Shown piece by piece: positions 1-15,000 of a stretch of 64,000 bases of DNA. This DNA comes from Mayamaea pseudoterrestris. Lineage: Eukaryota. Where the stretch lies: contig BROI01000015.1 of assembly GCA_027923505.1 (NCBI GenBank), positions 62,001-126,000 of the forward strand, written 5' to 3'. The notes beneath the pieces are model-generated. The model had not been told where the DNA came from. It ran no database searches and saw only the letters and a program-made list of their open reading frames with translations. How positions within the stretch are numbered: the first letter of the stretch is position 1; the number at the start of each line of letters is the position of its first letter. Made by a program: the position numbers and the translations under genes.

Positions 1-3000
1 CAACAGATGCCGTGACATTCAAACGCACCTACAGCAAGCCCTGTAGGTTCCCACATAACACCAGAATAATGCCAACATCATTATTCAGGCTGCGCGACAA
101 GATGGTGGGCTTAGCTGTTGTCTCAGGGAATGGCAATGTATTTGGTAAAAACTTGTCACCAGTCTCAGCCAACAGATGCCGTGACATTCAAACGCACCTA
201 CAGCAAGCCCTGTAGGTGCCCAAATAACACCAAAAATGGTGGCAACATCATTATTTAGGCTGCGCTACAAGATGTTAGGCTAAGTTGCTGTCTCAGGGGA
301 TGGCAATGTATTTGGTGACAACTTGTCACCAGTCTCAGCCAACAGATGCCATGACATTCAAATGCACCTACAGCAAGCCCTTTAGGTGCCCAAATTACAA
401 CAGAAATGGTAACAGCATCATTATTCAGGCTGCACTACAAGATGGTAGGCTTGGCTGGTGTTTCAGGGAATGCCAATGTAATTGGTGACAACTTGTCACC
501 AGTCTCAGCCAACAGATGCCATGACATTTAAATGCACCTACAGCAAGCCTTGAAGGTGCCCACATTACACCAAAATGGTGCCAACATCATTATTCTGGCT
601 GCGCTACAAGATGGTAGGCTTGGTGGGTGTCTCAGGGAATAACAATGTATTTGGTGACATCTTGTCACCAGTCTCAGCCTGCAGATGCCGTGACATTCAA
701 ACGCACCTACAGTAGGCCAAGTATATACCCAAATCACACCAGAAATGGTGCCAGCATCATTATTCAGGCTGCGCTACAAGATGGTAGGCTTGGTGGGTGT
801 CTCAGGGGATGGCAATGTAATTGGTTACAACTTGTCACCAGTCTCAGCCAACAGATGCCGTGACATTCAATCACACCTACAGCAAGCCCTGCAGGTGCCC
901 ACATTACACCAGAATGGTGCCAACATCATTATTTTTAAGGCTGCGCTACAAGATGGTGGGCTTAGCTGTTGTCTCAGGAAATGGCAATGTATTTGGTGAC
1001 AACTTGTCACTAATCTCAGCCTGCGGATGCTGTGACATTCAAACGCACCTACAGTAGGCCAAGTTTATACCTAAATTACACCAGAAATGGTGGCAACATC
1101 ATTATTTAGGCTGCGCTACAAGATGGTAGGCTTAGCTGTTGTCTCAGTGAATGGCAATGTATATGGTGACAACTTGTCACCAATCTCAGCCTGCGGATGC
1201 CGTGACATTCAAACACACCTACAGAAGGCCATGTATATACCCACATTGCACCAGAATGGTGCCAACATCATTATTCAGGCTGCGCTACAAGATGGTAGGC
1301 TTAGCTGTTGTCTCAGAGAATGGCAATGTATTTGGTGACAACTTGTCACCAGTCTCAGCCCCCAGATGCTGTGACATTCAAACGCCCCTACAGCAAGCCC
1401 TGTAAGTGCCCAAATTACACCAGAATGGTGCCAACATCATTATTCAGGCTGCGCTACAAGATGGTAGGCTTGGCTGGTGTCTCAGGGGATGGCAATGTAT
1501 TTGGTGACAACTTGTCACCAGTCTCAGCCTGCAAATGCCATGACATTCAAACGCACCTACAGCAAGCCCTGTAGGTGCCCAAATAACACCAGAATGGTGC
1601 CAACATCATTATTCAGGCTGCGCTACAAGATGGTAGGCTTGGCTGGTGTCTCAGGGGATGGCAATGTATTTGGTGACAACTTGTCACCAATCTCAGCCAG
1701 CAGATGCTGTGACATTCAAACGCCCCTACAGCAAGCCCTGTAGGTGCCCAAATTACACCAGAATGGTGCCAACATCATTATTCAGGCTGCGCTACAAGAT
1801 GGTAGGCTTGGCTGGTGTCTCAGGGGTTGGCAATGTATTTGGTGACAACTTGTCACCAGTCTCAGCCCGCAGATGCCGTGACATTCAAACGCCCCTACAG
1901 CAGGCCCTGTAGGTGCCCAAATTACACCAGAATGGTGCCAACATCATTATTCAGGCTGCGCTACAAGATGGTATGCCTGGCTGGTGTCTCAGGGGTTGGC
2001 AATGTATTTGGTGACAACTTGTCACCAGTCTCAGCCAACAGATGCCGTGACATTCAAACGCACCTACAGCAAGCCCTGTAGGTGCCCACATAACACCAGA
2101 ATGGTGCCAACATCATTATTCAGGCTGCGCTACAAGATGGTAGGCTTGGCTGGTGTCTCAGGGGATGGCAATGTATTTGGTGACAACTTGTCACCAATCT
2201 CAGCCTGCAAATGCCGTGACATTCAAACGCACCTACAGCAAGCCCTGTAGTTGCCCTAATTACACCAGAATGGTGCCAACATCATTATTCAGGCTGCGCT
2301 ACAAGATGGTAGGCTTGGCGGGTGTCTCAGGGAATGGCAATGTATTTGGTGACAACTTGTCACCAATCTCAGCCAACAGATGCCGTGACATTCAAACGCC
2401 CCTACAGCAAGCCCTGTAGGTGCCCAAATTACACCAGAATGGTGCCAACATCATTATTCAGGCTGCGCTACAAGATGGTAGGCTTGGCTGGTGTCTCAGG
2501 GGATGGCAATGTATTTGGTGACAACTTGTCACCAGTCTCAGCCAACAGATGCCGTGACATTCAAACGCACCTACAGCAAGCCCTGTAGGTGCCCACATAA
2601 CACCAGAATGGTGCCAACATCATTATTCAGGCTGCGCGACAAGATGGTGGGCTTAGCTGTTGTCTCAGGGAATGGCAATGTATTTGGTGACAACTTGTCA
2701 CCAATCTCAGCCTGCGGATGCCGTGACATTCAAACGCACCTACAGTAGGCCATGTATATACCCAAATCACACCAGAAATGGTGGCAACATCATTATTAAG
2801 GCTGCGCTACAAGATGGTAGGCTTAGCTGTTGTCTCAGGGAATGGCAATGTATTTGGTGACAACTTGTCACCAATCTCAGCCCGCAGATGCCGTGACATT
2901 CAAACGCACCTACAGCAAGCCCTGTAGGTGCCCAAATTACACCAGAAATGGTGGCAGCATCATTATTCAGGCTGCACAACAAGATGGTAGGCTTGGCAGG

Positions 3001-6000
3001 TGTCTCAGGGGATGGCAATGTAATTGGTGAAAACTTGTCACCAGTCTCAGCCAACAGATGCCATGACATTCAAATGCACCTACAGCAAGCCCTGTAGGTG
3101 CCCAAATTACAACAGAAATGGTAACAGCATCATTATTCAGGCTACGCTACAAGATGGTATGCCTGGCTGGTGTCTCAGGGGTTGGCAATGTATTTAGTAA
3201 AAACTTGTCACCAGTCTCAGCCAACAGATGACGTGACATTCAAACGCCCATACAGCAAGCCCTGTAGTTGCCCAAAATTACACCAGAATGGTGCCAACAT
3301 CATTATTCAGGCTGCGCTACAAGATGGTAGGCTTGGCTGGTGTCTCAGGGGATGGCAATGTATTTGGTGACAACTTGTCACCAGTCTCAGCCCGCAGATG
3401 CCATGACATTCAAACGCACCTACAGCAGCCCTGTAGGTGCCCAAAATACACCAGAATGGTGCCAACATCATTATTCAGGCTGCGCTACAAGATGGTAGGC
3501 TTGGCAGGTGTCTCAGGTAATGGCAATGTATTTGGTGACAATTTGTCACCAGTCTCAGCCAACAGATGCCGTGACATTCAAACGCACCTACAGCAAGCCC
3601 TGTAGGTGCCCAAATAACACCAAAAATGGTGGCAACATCATTATTTAGGCTGCGCTACAAGATGTTAGGCTAAGTTGCTGTCTCAGGGGATGGCAATGTA
3701 TTTGGTAAAAGACCAGTCTCAGCCCACGGATGCCATGACATTCAAACGCCCCTACAGCAAGCCCTGTAGGTGCCCAAAATACACCAGAATGGTGCCAAAA
3801 TCATTATTCAGTCTGCGCTACAAGATGGTAGGCTTGGCTGGTGTCTCAGGGGATGGCAATGTATTTGGTGACAACTTGTCACCAGTCTCAGCTCGCAAAT
3901 GCCGTGACATTCAAACACTCCTACAGCAAGCCCTGTAGGTGCCCAAATTACACCAGAATGGTGCCAACATCATTATTCAGGCTGCGCTACAAGATGGTAG
4001 GCTTGGCTGGTGTCTCAGGGAATGGCAAGGTATTTGGTGACAACTTGTCACCAGTCTCAGCCAACAGATGCCGTGACATTCAAACGCCTACAGCAGGCCC
4101 GGTAGGTGCCCAAATTACACCAGAATGGTGCCAACATCATTATTCAGGCTGCGCTGCAAGATGGTAGGCTTGGCTGGTGTCTCAGGGGATGGCAATGTAT
4201 TTGGTGACAACTTGTCACCAGTCTCAGCCCACAGATGCCGTGACATTCAAATGCACCTACAGCAAGCCCTGTAGGTGCCCAAATTACACCAGAATGGTGC
4301 CAACATCATTATTCAGGACGCGCTACAAGATGGTTAGCTTAACTGTTGTCTCAGGAAATGGCAATGTATTTGGTGACAACTTGTCACCAGTCTCAGTCCG
4401 CAGATGCCATGACGTTCAAACGCCCCTACAGCGAGCCCTGTAGGTGCCCAAAAAACACAATAGAAATGTGGCAAATTCATTATTTAGGCTGCGCTACAAG
4501 ATGTTAGGCTTGGCTGGTGTCTCAGTGGATGGCAATGTATTTGGTGACAACTTGTCACCAGTCTCAGCCCGCAGATGCCTTGACATTCAAACGCCCCTAC
4601 AGCAAGCCCTGTAGGTGCCCAAATTACACCAGAATGGTGCCAACATCATTATTCAGGCTGCGCTACAAGATGGTAGGCTTGGCTGGTGTCTCAGGGGATG
4701 GCAATGTATTTGGTGACAATTTGTCACCAGTCTCAGCCCACAGATGCCGTGACATTCAAACACCCCTACAGCAAGCCCTGTAGGTGCCCAAATTACACCA
4801 GAATGGTGCCAACATCATTATTCAGGCTGCGCTACAAGATGGTAGGCTTGGCTGGTGTCACAGGGGATGGCAATGTATTTGGTGACAACTTGTCACCAAA
4901 TCTCAGCCTCGGATGCCGTGACATTCAAACGCCCCTACAGCAGGCCCTGTAGGTGCCCTAATTACACCAGAAATGGTGGCAACATCATTATTTAGGCTGC
5001 GCTACAAGATGGTAGACTTAGCTGTTGTCTCAGTGAATGGCAATGTATTTGGTGACAACTTGTCACCAATCTCAGCCTGCGGATGCCGTGACATTCAAAC
5101 GCCCCTACAGCAAGCCCTGTAGGTGCCCAAATCACACCAGAAATGGTGCCAATATCATTATTCAATCTGTGCCACAAGATGGTAGGCTTAGCTGTTGTCT
5201 CAGGGAATGGCAATGTATATGGTGACAACTTGTCACCAATCTCAGCCTGCGGATGCCGTGACATTCAAACACACCTACAGAAGGCCATGTATATACCCAC
5301 ATTGCACCAGAATGGTGCCAACATCATTATTCAGGCTGCGCTACAAGATGGTAGGCTTAGCTGGTGTCTCAGGGGATGGCAATGTATTTGGTGACAACTT
5401 GTCACCAGTCTCAGCCCCCAGATGACGTGACATTCAAACGCCCATACAGCAAGCCCTGTAGGTGCCCAAAATACGCCAGAATGGTGCCAACATCATTATT
5501 TAGGCTGCGCTACAAGATGGTAGGCTTGGCTGGTGTCTCAGGGGATGGCAATGTATTTGGTGACAACTTGTCACCAGTCTCAGCCCGCGGATGCCGTGAC
5601 ATTCAAACGCCCCTACAGCAAGCCCTGTAGGTGCCCAAAATACACCAGAATGGTGCCATAAAGTGCCGAATTGGCGCTACAAGATGGTTAGCTTGGCTGG
5701 TGTCTCAGGGGATGGCAATGTATTTGGTGACAACTTGTCACCAGTCTCAGCCCGCAGATGCCGTGACATTCAAACGCCCCTACAGCAAGCCCTGTAGGTG
5801 CCCAAATTACACCAGAATGGTGCCAACATCATTATTCAGGCTGCGCTACAAGATGGTAGGCTTGGCTGGTGTCTCAGGGGATGGCAATGTATTTGGTGAC
5901 AACTTGTCACCAGTCTCAGCCCGCCGTTCCCCCCCCCAATTGCCACATCATTCTGACGGGCCTGGTTCGGTGCATTCAAACGCCCCTACAGCAAGCCCTG

Positions 6001-9000
6001 TAGGTGCCCAAAATACACCAGAATGGTGCCAACATCATTATTCAGGCTGCGCTACAAGATGGTAGGCTTGGCTGGTGTCTCAGGGGATGGCAATGTATTT
6101 GGTGACAACTTGTCACCAGTCTCAGCCCACAGATGCCGTGACATTCAAACGCCCCTACAGCAAGCCCTGTAGGTGCCCAAAATACACCAGAATGGTGCCA
6201 ACATCATTATTCAGGCTGCGCTACAAGATGGTAGGCTTGGCTGGTGTCTCAGGGGATGGCAATGTATTTGGTGACAACTTGTCACCAGTCTCAGCCCGCA
6301 GATGCCGTGACATTCAAACGCCCCTACAGCAAGCCCTGTAGGTGCCCAAAATACACCAGAATGGTGCCAACATCATTATTCAGGCTGCGCTACAAGATGG
6401 TAGGCTTGGCTGGTGTCTCAGGGGATGGCAATGTATTTGGTGACAACTTGTCACCAGTCTCAGCCCCGCAGATGCCGTGACATTCAAACGCCCCTACAGC
6501 AAGCCCTGTAGGTGCCCAAAATACACCAGAATGGTGCCAACATCATTATTCAGGCTGCGCTACAAGATGGTAGGCTTGGCTGGTGTCTCAGGGGATGGCA
6601 ATGTATTTGGTGACAACTTGTCACCAGTCTCAGCCAGCAGATGCCGTGACATTCAAACGCCCCTACAGCAAGCCCTGTAGGTGCCCAAAATACACCAGAA
6701 TGGTGCCAACATCATTATTCAGGCTGCACTACAAGATGGTAGGCTTGGCTGGTGTATCAAGATATGCAATGTTTTGGTGACAACTTGTCACCAGTCTCAG
6801 CCCTGCGGGACATTCAAACCCCTACAGCAAGCCCTGTAGGTGCCCAAAATACACCAGAATGGTGCCAACATCATTATTCAGGCTGCGCTTTAAGATGGTA
6901 AGCTTGGCTGTTGTCTCAGGGGATGGCAATGTATTTGGTGACAACTTGTCACCAGTCTCAGCCCCCCGGATGCGGTGTGACATTCAAACGCCCTACCAAC
7001 CCGCAGGCCGTGTAGCCCAAATACACCAGAATGGTGCCAACATCATTATGCAAGCTGCGCTACAAGATGGTAGGCTTGGCTGGTGTCTCAGGGTTGGCAA
7101 TGTATTTGGTGACAACTTGTCACCAGTCTCAGCCCGCAGATGCTGTGACATTCAAACGCCCCTACAGCAAGCCCTGTGGTCCCAAAATACACCAGAATGG
7201 TGCCAACATCATTATTCAGGATGCGCTACAAGATGATTGGCTTGGCTGTTGTCTCAGGAGGGCAATGTATTTGGTGACAACTTGTCACCAGTCTCAGCCT
7301 GCAGATGCGTGACATTCAAATGCCCCCTAGAGCAAAGCCCTGTAGGTGCCCAAAATACACCAGAATGGTGCCAACATCATTATTCAGGCTGCGCTACAAG
7401 ATGGTAGGCTTGGCTGGTGTCTCAGGGGATGGCAATGTATTTGGTGACAACTTGTCACCAGTCTCAGCCCGCAGATGCTGTGACATTCAAACGCCCTACA
7501 GCAAGCCCTGTAGGTGCCCAAAATACACCAGAATGGTGCCATCCGTCTCCCCCGCCCGCATCATTTTCGCTGCGCTTCAAGTGGTTGCCTGGCTGGTGTC
7601 TCGGGGATGGCAATGTGTTTGGTGACAACTTGTCCCAGTCTCAGCCCGCAGTGCCCTGACATTCAAACGCCCCTACAGCGCAGGCCCTGTAGGTGCCCAA
7701 AATACACCAGAATGGTGCCAACATCATTATTCAGGCTGCGCTACAAGATGGTAGGCTTGGCGTGGTGTCTCAGGGGGTGGCAATGTATTTGGTGACAACT
7801 TGTCACCAGTCTCGCCCCAGATGCCGTGACATTCAAACCCCCTACAGCAAGCCCTGTGGGTGCCCAAAATACACCAGAATGGTGTTACCAGCATCATTTT
7901 TCAGGCTGCGCTCAGGGCTGGCTGGTGTCTCGGGGTGGCTGTTGGTGCATTTCCTGTCCCTCCCCCTCCTGCATCCCGAGTGGTGCCCGTCTCCGCCCCC
8001 TCCCCGCCAGCCCTGTGGTCCCCAAATTCACCAGAATGGTGCCAACATCATTATTCAGGCTGCGCTACAAGATGGTGTGCTTGGCTGGTGTCTCAGGGTG
8101 GCAATGTTTTGGTGACAACTTGTCCGTCTCAGCTCGCAGATGCCGTGAGATTCAAACGCCCCTACAGCAAGCCCTGTAGGTGCCCAAAATACACCAGAAT
8201 GGTGCCAGCATCATTATTCAGGCTGCGCTACAAGATGGTAGGCTTGGCTGGTGTCTCAGGGGATGGCAATGTATTTGGTGACAACTTGTCACCTGTCTCG
8301 GCTCGCAGATGCCGTGAGATTCAAACGCCCCTACAGCAAGCCCTGTAGGTGCCCAAAATATACCAGAATGGTGCCAACATCATCATTATTCAGGCTGGGC
8401 TACAAGATGGTAGGCTTGGCTGGTGTCTCAGGGGATGGCAATGTATTTGCTGACAGCTTGTCACCAGTCTCAGCCCGCAAATGCCGTGACATTCAAACGC
8501 CCCTACAGCAAGCCCTGTAGGTGCCCAAAAATACACCAGAATGGTGCCAACATCATTATTCAGGCTGCGCTACAAGATGGTAGGCTTGGCTGGTGTCTCA
8601 GGGGATGGCAATGTATTTGGTGACAACTTGTCACCAGTCTCGGACCCCAGATGCCGTGACATTCAAACGCCCCTACAGCAAGCCCTGTAGGTGCCCAAAA
8701 TACACCGGAATGTCACCAACATCATTGTTCCGGCTGAGCTACAAGAAGGTTGGCTTGGTTGGTGTCTCAGGGGATGGCAATGTATTTGGTGACAACTTGT
8801 CACCAGTCTCAGCCCGCAGATGCCATGACATTCAAACCCCTACAGCACCCTGTGGTGCCCAAAATACACCAGAATGGTGCCAACATCATTATTCAGGCTG
8901 CGCTACAAGATGGTAGGCTTGGCTGGTGTCTCGGGATGGCTATTTGGTGACAACTTGTCACCGTCTCGCCCGCAGATGCCGTGACATTCAAGCGCCCCTA

Positions 9001-12000
9001 CAGCAGGCCCTGTAGGTGCCCAAAATACACCAGAATGGTGCCAACATCATTATTCAGGCTCGCTACAAGATGGTAGGCGTGGCTGGTGTCTCGGGGGATG
9101 GCAATGTATTTGGTGACAACTCGTCACCAGTCTCAGCCCCAGATGCCGTGACTTCCCCCTACAGCAAGCCCTGTAGGTGCCCAAAATACACCAGAATGGT
9201 GCCAACATCATTATTCAGGCTGCGCTACAAGATGGTAGGCTTGGCTGGTGTCTCAGGGGATGGCAATGTATTTGGTGACAACTTGTCACCAGTCTCAGCC
9301 CGCAGAGGCCGGTACATCCAAACGCCCCTACAGCAAGCCCTGTAGGTGCCCAAAATACACCAGAATGGTGCCAACATCATTATTCAGGCTGCGCTACAAG
9401 ATGGTAGGCTTGGCTGGTGTCTCAGGGGATGGCAATGTATTTGGTGACAACTTGTCACCAGTCTCAGCCCGCAGATGCCGTGACATTCAAACGCCCCTAC
9501 AGCAAGCCCTGTAGGTGCCCAAAATACACCAGAATGGTGCCAACATCATTATTCAGGCTGCGCTACAAGATGGTAGGCTTGGCTGGTGTCTCAGGGGATG
9601 GCAATGTATTTGGTGACAACTTGTCACCACTCTCAGCCCGCAGATGCCGTGACATTCAAATACCCCTACAGCAAGCCCTGTAGTTGCCCAAGATACTCCA
9701 GAATGGTTCCAACATCATTATTCAGGCTGCGCTACAAGATGGTAGGCTTGGCTGGTGTGTCAGCGGATGGCAATGTATTTGGTGACAACTTGTCACCAGT
9801 CTCAGCCCACAGATGATGTGACATTCAAACACCCCTACAGCAGGCCCTGTAGGTGCCCAAAATACACCAGAATGGTGCCAACATCATTATTCAGGCTGCG
9901 CTACAAGATGGCAGGTTTGCCTGGTGTCTCGGGGGCGGCAATGTATTTGGTGACAACTTGTCACCAGTCTCCCCCCCAGTGCCGTGACTTCAAACCCCCC
10001 CAGCAAGCCTCTGAGCCCAAAATTCCCAGAATGGGGTGCCAACATCATTATTCAGGCTGCGCTTCAAGATGGTGTGCTTGGCTGGTGTCTCAGGGGTTGG
10101 CAATGTATTTGGTGACAACTTGTCACCAGTCTCCCGCAGATGCCGTGCATTCAAACGCCCTACAGCGAGCCCTGTAGGAGCCCAAAATACACCAGAATGG
10201 TGCCAACATCATTATTCGGCTGCGCTACAAGATGGTAGGCTTGGCTGGTGTCTCAGGGGGTGGCATGTATTTGGTGACAGCTTGTCACCAGTCTCAGCCC
10301 CGCAGATGCCGTGACATTCAAACGCCCCCCCAGCAAGCCCTGTAGGTGCCCAAAATACACCAGAATGGTGCCAACATCATTATTCAGGCTGCGCTACAAG
10401 ATGGTGGGCTGGCTGGTGTCTCGGGGGTGGCAATGTTTTGGTGCAACTTGTCCCAGTTCACCCATGTACGCCTAGCCCGTTGCCCCAAACCACCCAGATG
10501 GTGCCAACATCATTATTCGCTGCGCTACAAGAGGGTGGCCTGGCTGGTGTCTCAGGGGGAGCAATGTATCTGGTGACAACTTGTCACCAGTCTCAGCCTG
10601 CAGATGCCGTGACATTCAAACGCCCCCCCACAGCAAGCCCTGTAGGTGCCCAAAATACACCAGAATGGTGCCAACATCATTATTCAGGCTGCGCTACAAG
10701 ATGGTAGGCTTGGCTGGTGTCTCGGGGGATGGCAATGTATTTGGTGACAACTTGTCACCAGTCTCAGCCGAGATGCCGTGACATTCAAACGCCCCTACAG
10801 CAAGCCCTGTAGGTGCCCAAATTACACCAGAATGGTGCCAACATCATTATTCAGGCTGCGCTACAAGATGGTAGGCTTGGCTGGTGTCTCAGGGGATGGC
10901 AATGTATTTGGTGACAACTTGTCACCAGTCTCAGCCCGCAGATGCCGGGACTTTCAACACCCCTTAAAGAAACCCCTGTGGGGCCCCAAATACACCAGAA
11001 TGGTGCCAACATCATTATTCAGGCTGCGCTACAAGTGGTAGGCTTGGCTGGTGTTCTCGTGCAGTTTGCTCCTGCCGAATTCAACCCCCTACAGCAAGCC
11101 CTGTAGGTGCCCAAATACACCAGAATGGTGCCAACATCATTATTCAGGCTGCGCTACAAGATGGTAGGCTTGGCTGGTGTCTCAGGGGATGGCAATGTAT
11201 TTGGTGACAACTTGTCACCAGTCTCAGCCCGCAGATGCCGTGACATTCAAACGCCCCTACAGCAAGCCCTGTGGGTGCCCAAAATACACCAGAATGGTGC
11301 CAACATCATTATTCAGGCTGCGCTACAAGATGGTAGGCATGTCTTGTGTCTCAGGGGATGGCAATGTATTTGGTGACAACTTGTCACCAGTCTCAGCCCG
11401 CAGATGCCGTGACATTCAAACGCCCCTACAGCAAGCCCTGTAGGTGCCCAAAATACACCAGAATGGTGCCAACATCATTATTCAGGCTGCGCTACAAGAT
11501 GGTAGGCTTGGCTGGTGTCTCAGGGGATGGCAATGCATTTGGTGACAACTTGTCACCAGTCTCAGCCCGCAGATGCCGTGACATTCAAACGCCCCTACAG
11601 CAAGCCCTGTAGGTACCCAAAATACACCAGAATGGTGCCAACATCATTATTCAGGCTGCGCTACAAGATGGTAGGCTTGGCTGGTGTCTCAGGGGATGGC
11701 AATGTATTTGGTGACAACTTGTCACCAGTCTCAGCCCGCAGATGCCGTGACATTCAAACGCCCCTACAGCAAGCCCTGTAGGTGCCCAAAAAACACCAGA
11801 ATGGTGCCAACATCATTATTCAGGCTGCGCTACAAGATGGTAGGCTTGGCTGGTGTCTCAGGGGATGGCAATGTATTTGGTGACAACTTGTCACCAGTCT
11901 CAGCCCGCAGATGCCGTGACATTCAAACGCCCCTACAGCAAGCCCTGTAGGTGCCCAAAATACACCAGAATGGTGCCAACATCATTATTCAGGCTGCGCT

Positions 12001-15000
12001 ACAAGATGGTAGGCTTGGCTGGTGTCTCAGGGGATGGCAATGTATTTGGTGACAACTTGTCACCAGTCTCAGCCCGCAGATGCCGTGACATTCAAACGCC
12101 CCTACAGCAAGCCCTGTAGGTGCCCAAAATACACCAGAATGGTGCCAACATCATTATTCAGGCTGCGCTACAAGATGGTAGGCTTGGCTGGTGTCTCAGG
12201 GGATGGCAATGTATTTGGTGACAACTTGTCACCAGTCTCAGCCCGCAGATGCCGTGACATTCAAACGCCCCTACAGCAAGCCCTGTAGGTGCCCAAAATA
12301 CACCAGAATGGTGCCAACATCATTATTCAGGCTGCGCTACAAGATGGTAGGCTTGGCTGGTGTCTCAGGGGATGGCAATGTATTTGGTGACAACTTGTCA
12401 CCAGTCTCAGCCCACAGATGCCGTGACATTCAAACGCCCCTACAGCAAGCCCTGTAGGTGCCCAAAATACACCAGAATGGTGCCAACATCATTTTTAAGG
12501 CTGCGCTACAAGATGGTATGCCCGGCTGGTGTCTCAGGGGATGACAATGTATTTGGTGACAACTTGTCACCAGTCTCAGCCTGCAGATGCCGTGACATTC
12601 AAACGCCCCTACAGCAAGCCCTGTAGGTGCCCAAAATACACCAGAATGGTGCCAACATCATTATTCAGGCTGCGCTACAAGATGGTAGGCTTGGCTGGTG
12701 TCTCAGGGGATGGCAATGTATTTGGTGACAACTTGTCACCAGTCTCAGCCCGCAGATGCCGTGACATTCAAACGCCCCTACAGCAAGCCCTGTAGGTGCC
12801 CAAAATACACCAGAATGGTGCCAACATCATTATTCAGGCTGCGCTACAAGATGGTAGGCTTGGCTGGTGTCTCAGGGGATGGCAATGTATTTGGTGACAA
12901 CTTGTCACCAGTCTCAGCCGAAGATGCCGAGACATTCAAACGCTCCTATAGCAAGCCCTGTAGGTGCCCAAAATACACCAAAATTATGCCAACATCATTA
13001 TTCAGGCTGCGCTACAAGATGGTAGCCTGGCGGTGTCTCAGGGGATGGCAATGTATTTGGTGACAACTTGTCACCAGTCTCAGCCCGCAGATGCGTGACA
13101 TTCAAACGCCCCTACAGCAAGCCCTGCAGGTGCTCAAAATACACCAGAATGGTGCCAACATCATTATTCAGGCTGCGCTACAAGATGGTAGGCTTGGCTG
13201 GTGTCTCAGGGGATGGCAATGTATTTGGTGACAACTTGTCACCAGTCTCAGCTCCGCAGATGCTGTGACATTCAAACGCCCCTACAGCAAGCCCTGTAGG
13301 TGCCCAAAATACACCAGAATGGTGCCAACATCATTATTCAGGCTGCGCTACAAGATGGTAGGCTTGGCTGGTGTCTCAGGGGATGGCAATGTATTTGGTG
13401 ACAACTTGTCACCAGTCTCAGCCCGCAGATGCCGTGACATTCAAACGCCCCTACAGCAAGCCCTGTAGGTGCCCAAAATACACCAGAATGGTGCCAACAT
13501 CATTATTCAGGCTGCGCTACAAGATGGTGTGCTTGGCTGGTGTCTCAGGGGATGGCAATGTATTTGGTGACAACTTGTCACCAGTCTCAGCCCACAGATG
13601 CCGTGACATTCAAACGCCCCTAAAGCAAGCCCTGTAGGTGCCCAAAATTCACCAAAATGGTGCCAACATCATTATTCAGGCTGCGCTACAAGATGGTAGG
13701 CTTGGCTGGTGTCTCGGGGATGGCAAGTATTTGGTGACAACTTGTCCCAGTCTCAGCTCCGCAGATGCTGGGACATTCTAAAGCCCCTACAGCAAGCCCT
13801 GTAGGTGCCCAAAATACACCAGAATGGTGCCAACATCAAAATTCCGGCTGCGCTACAAGATGGTAGGCTTGGCTGGTGTCTCAGGGGATGGCTATTTTTT
13901 TGGTGACAACTTGTCACCAGTCTCAGCCCGCAGATGCGGGGACATTCAAACGCCCCTACAGCAAGCCCTGTAGGTGCCCAAAATACACCAGAATGGTGCC
14001 AACATCATTATTCAGGCTGTGCTCACAAGTGGTGGCTTGGCTGGTGTCTCGGGGGTGGCAATGTGTTTGGTGACAACTTGTCACCAGTCTCAGCCCGCAG
14101 ATGCCGCGACATTCAAACGCCCCTACAGCAAGCCCTGTAGGTGCCCAAATTACACCAGAATGGTGCCAACATCATTATGCAGGCTGCGCTACAAGTTGGT
14201 AGGCTTGGCTGGTGTCTCAGGGGATGGCAGTTTTGGTGACAACTTGTCACCAGTCTCAGCCCCAGATGCCATCGTTCCCCTCGCAAGCCCTGTGGTGCCC
14301 AAAATCCCGTGGTGCCTACATCATTATTCAGGCTGCGCTACAGGGGCTGCTGGTCCGTGTGGCCAAGTCCCCCGCGTCGCTTCACCCCACCTGTGGTGCC
14401 CAAAATACCTAGATGGTGCCAACATCTTATTCAGGCTGCGCTACAAGGGTGGGCTTGGCTGGTGTCTCGGGGGATGGCAATGTTTGGTGCAACTTGTCAC
14501 CATCCCATCCTTCAACGCCCCTCCAGCCGTGGTGCCAAAATACCCAGGTGCCACCATCTATTCGGCTGCGCTCTGGTCTGGCTGGTGTTCGGGTGGCGTT
14601 TGGTTTCCGCGCCCCGCCACGCTCTGATTGTGGGTCCAGTCTCCCCAGATGCGTGACATTCAAGGCCCCTATAGCAAGCCCTGTAGGGGCCCAAAATACA
14701 CCAGAATGGTGCCAACACCATTATTCAGTCTGCGCTACAAGCTGCGTGTCTCGGGGGGCAGTGTATTTGGTGGCCTTGCCCACCATGCGCACAGGGTAGG
14801 CTTGGCTGGTGTCTCGGGGATGGCAATGTATTTGGTGACAACTTGTCACCAGTCTCAGCCCAGCCGTGACATTCAAACGCCCTGCAAGCCCTGTAGGTGC
14901 CCAAAATACACCAGCATGGTGCCAACATCATTATTCAGGCCGCGCTACAAGATGGGCTTGGTCGGTGTCTCAGGGGATGGCAATGTTTTTGGTGACAACT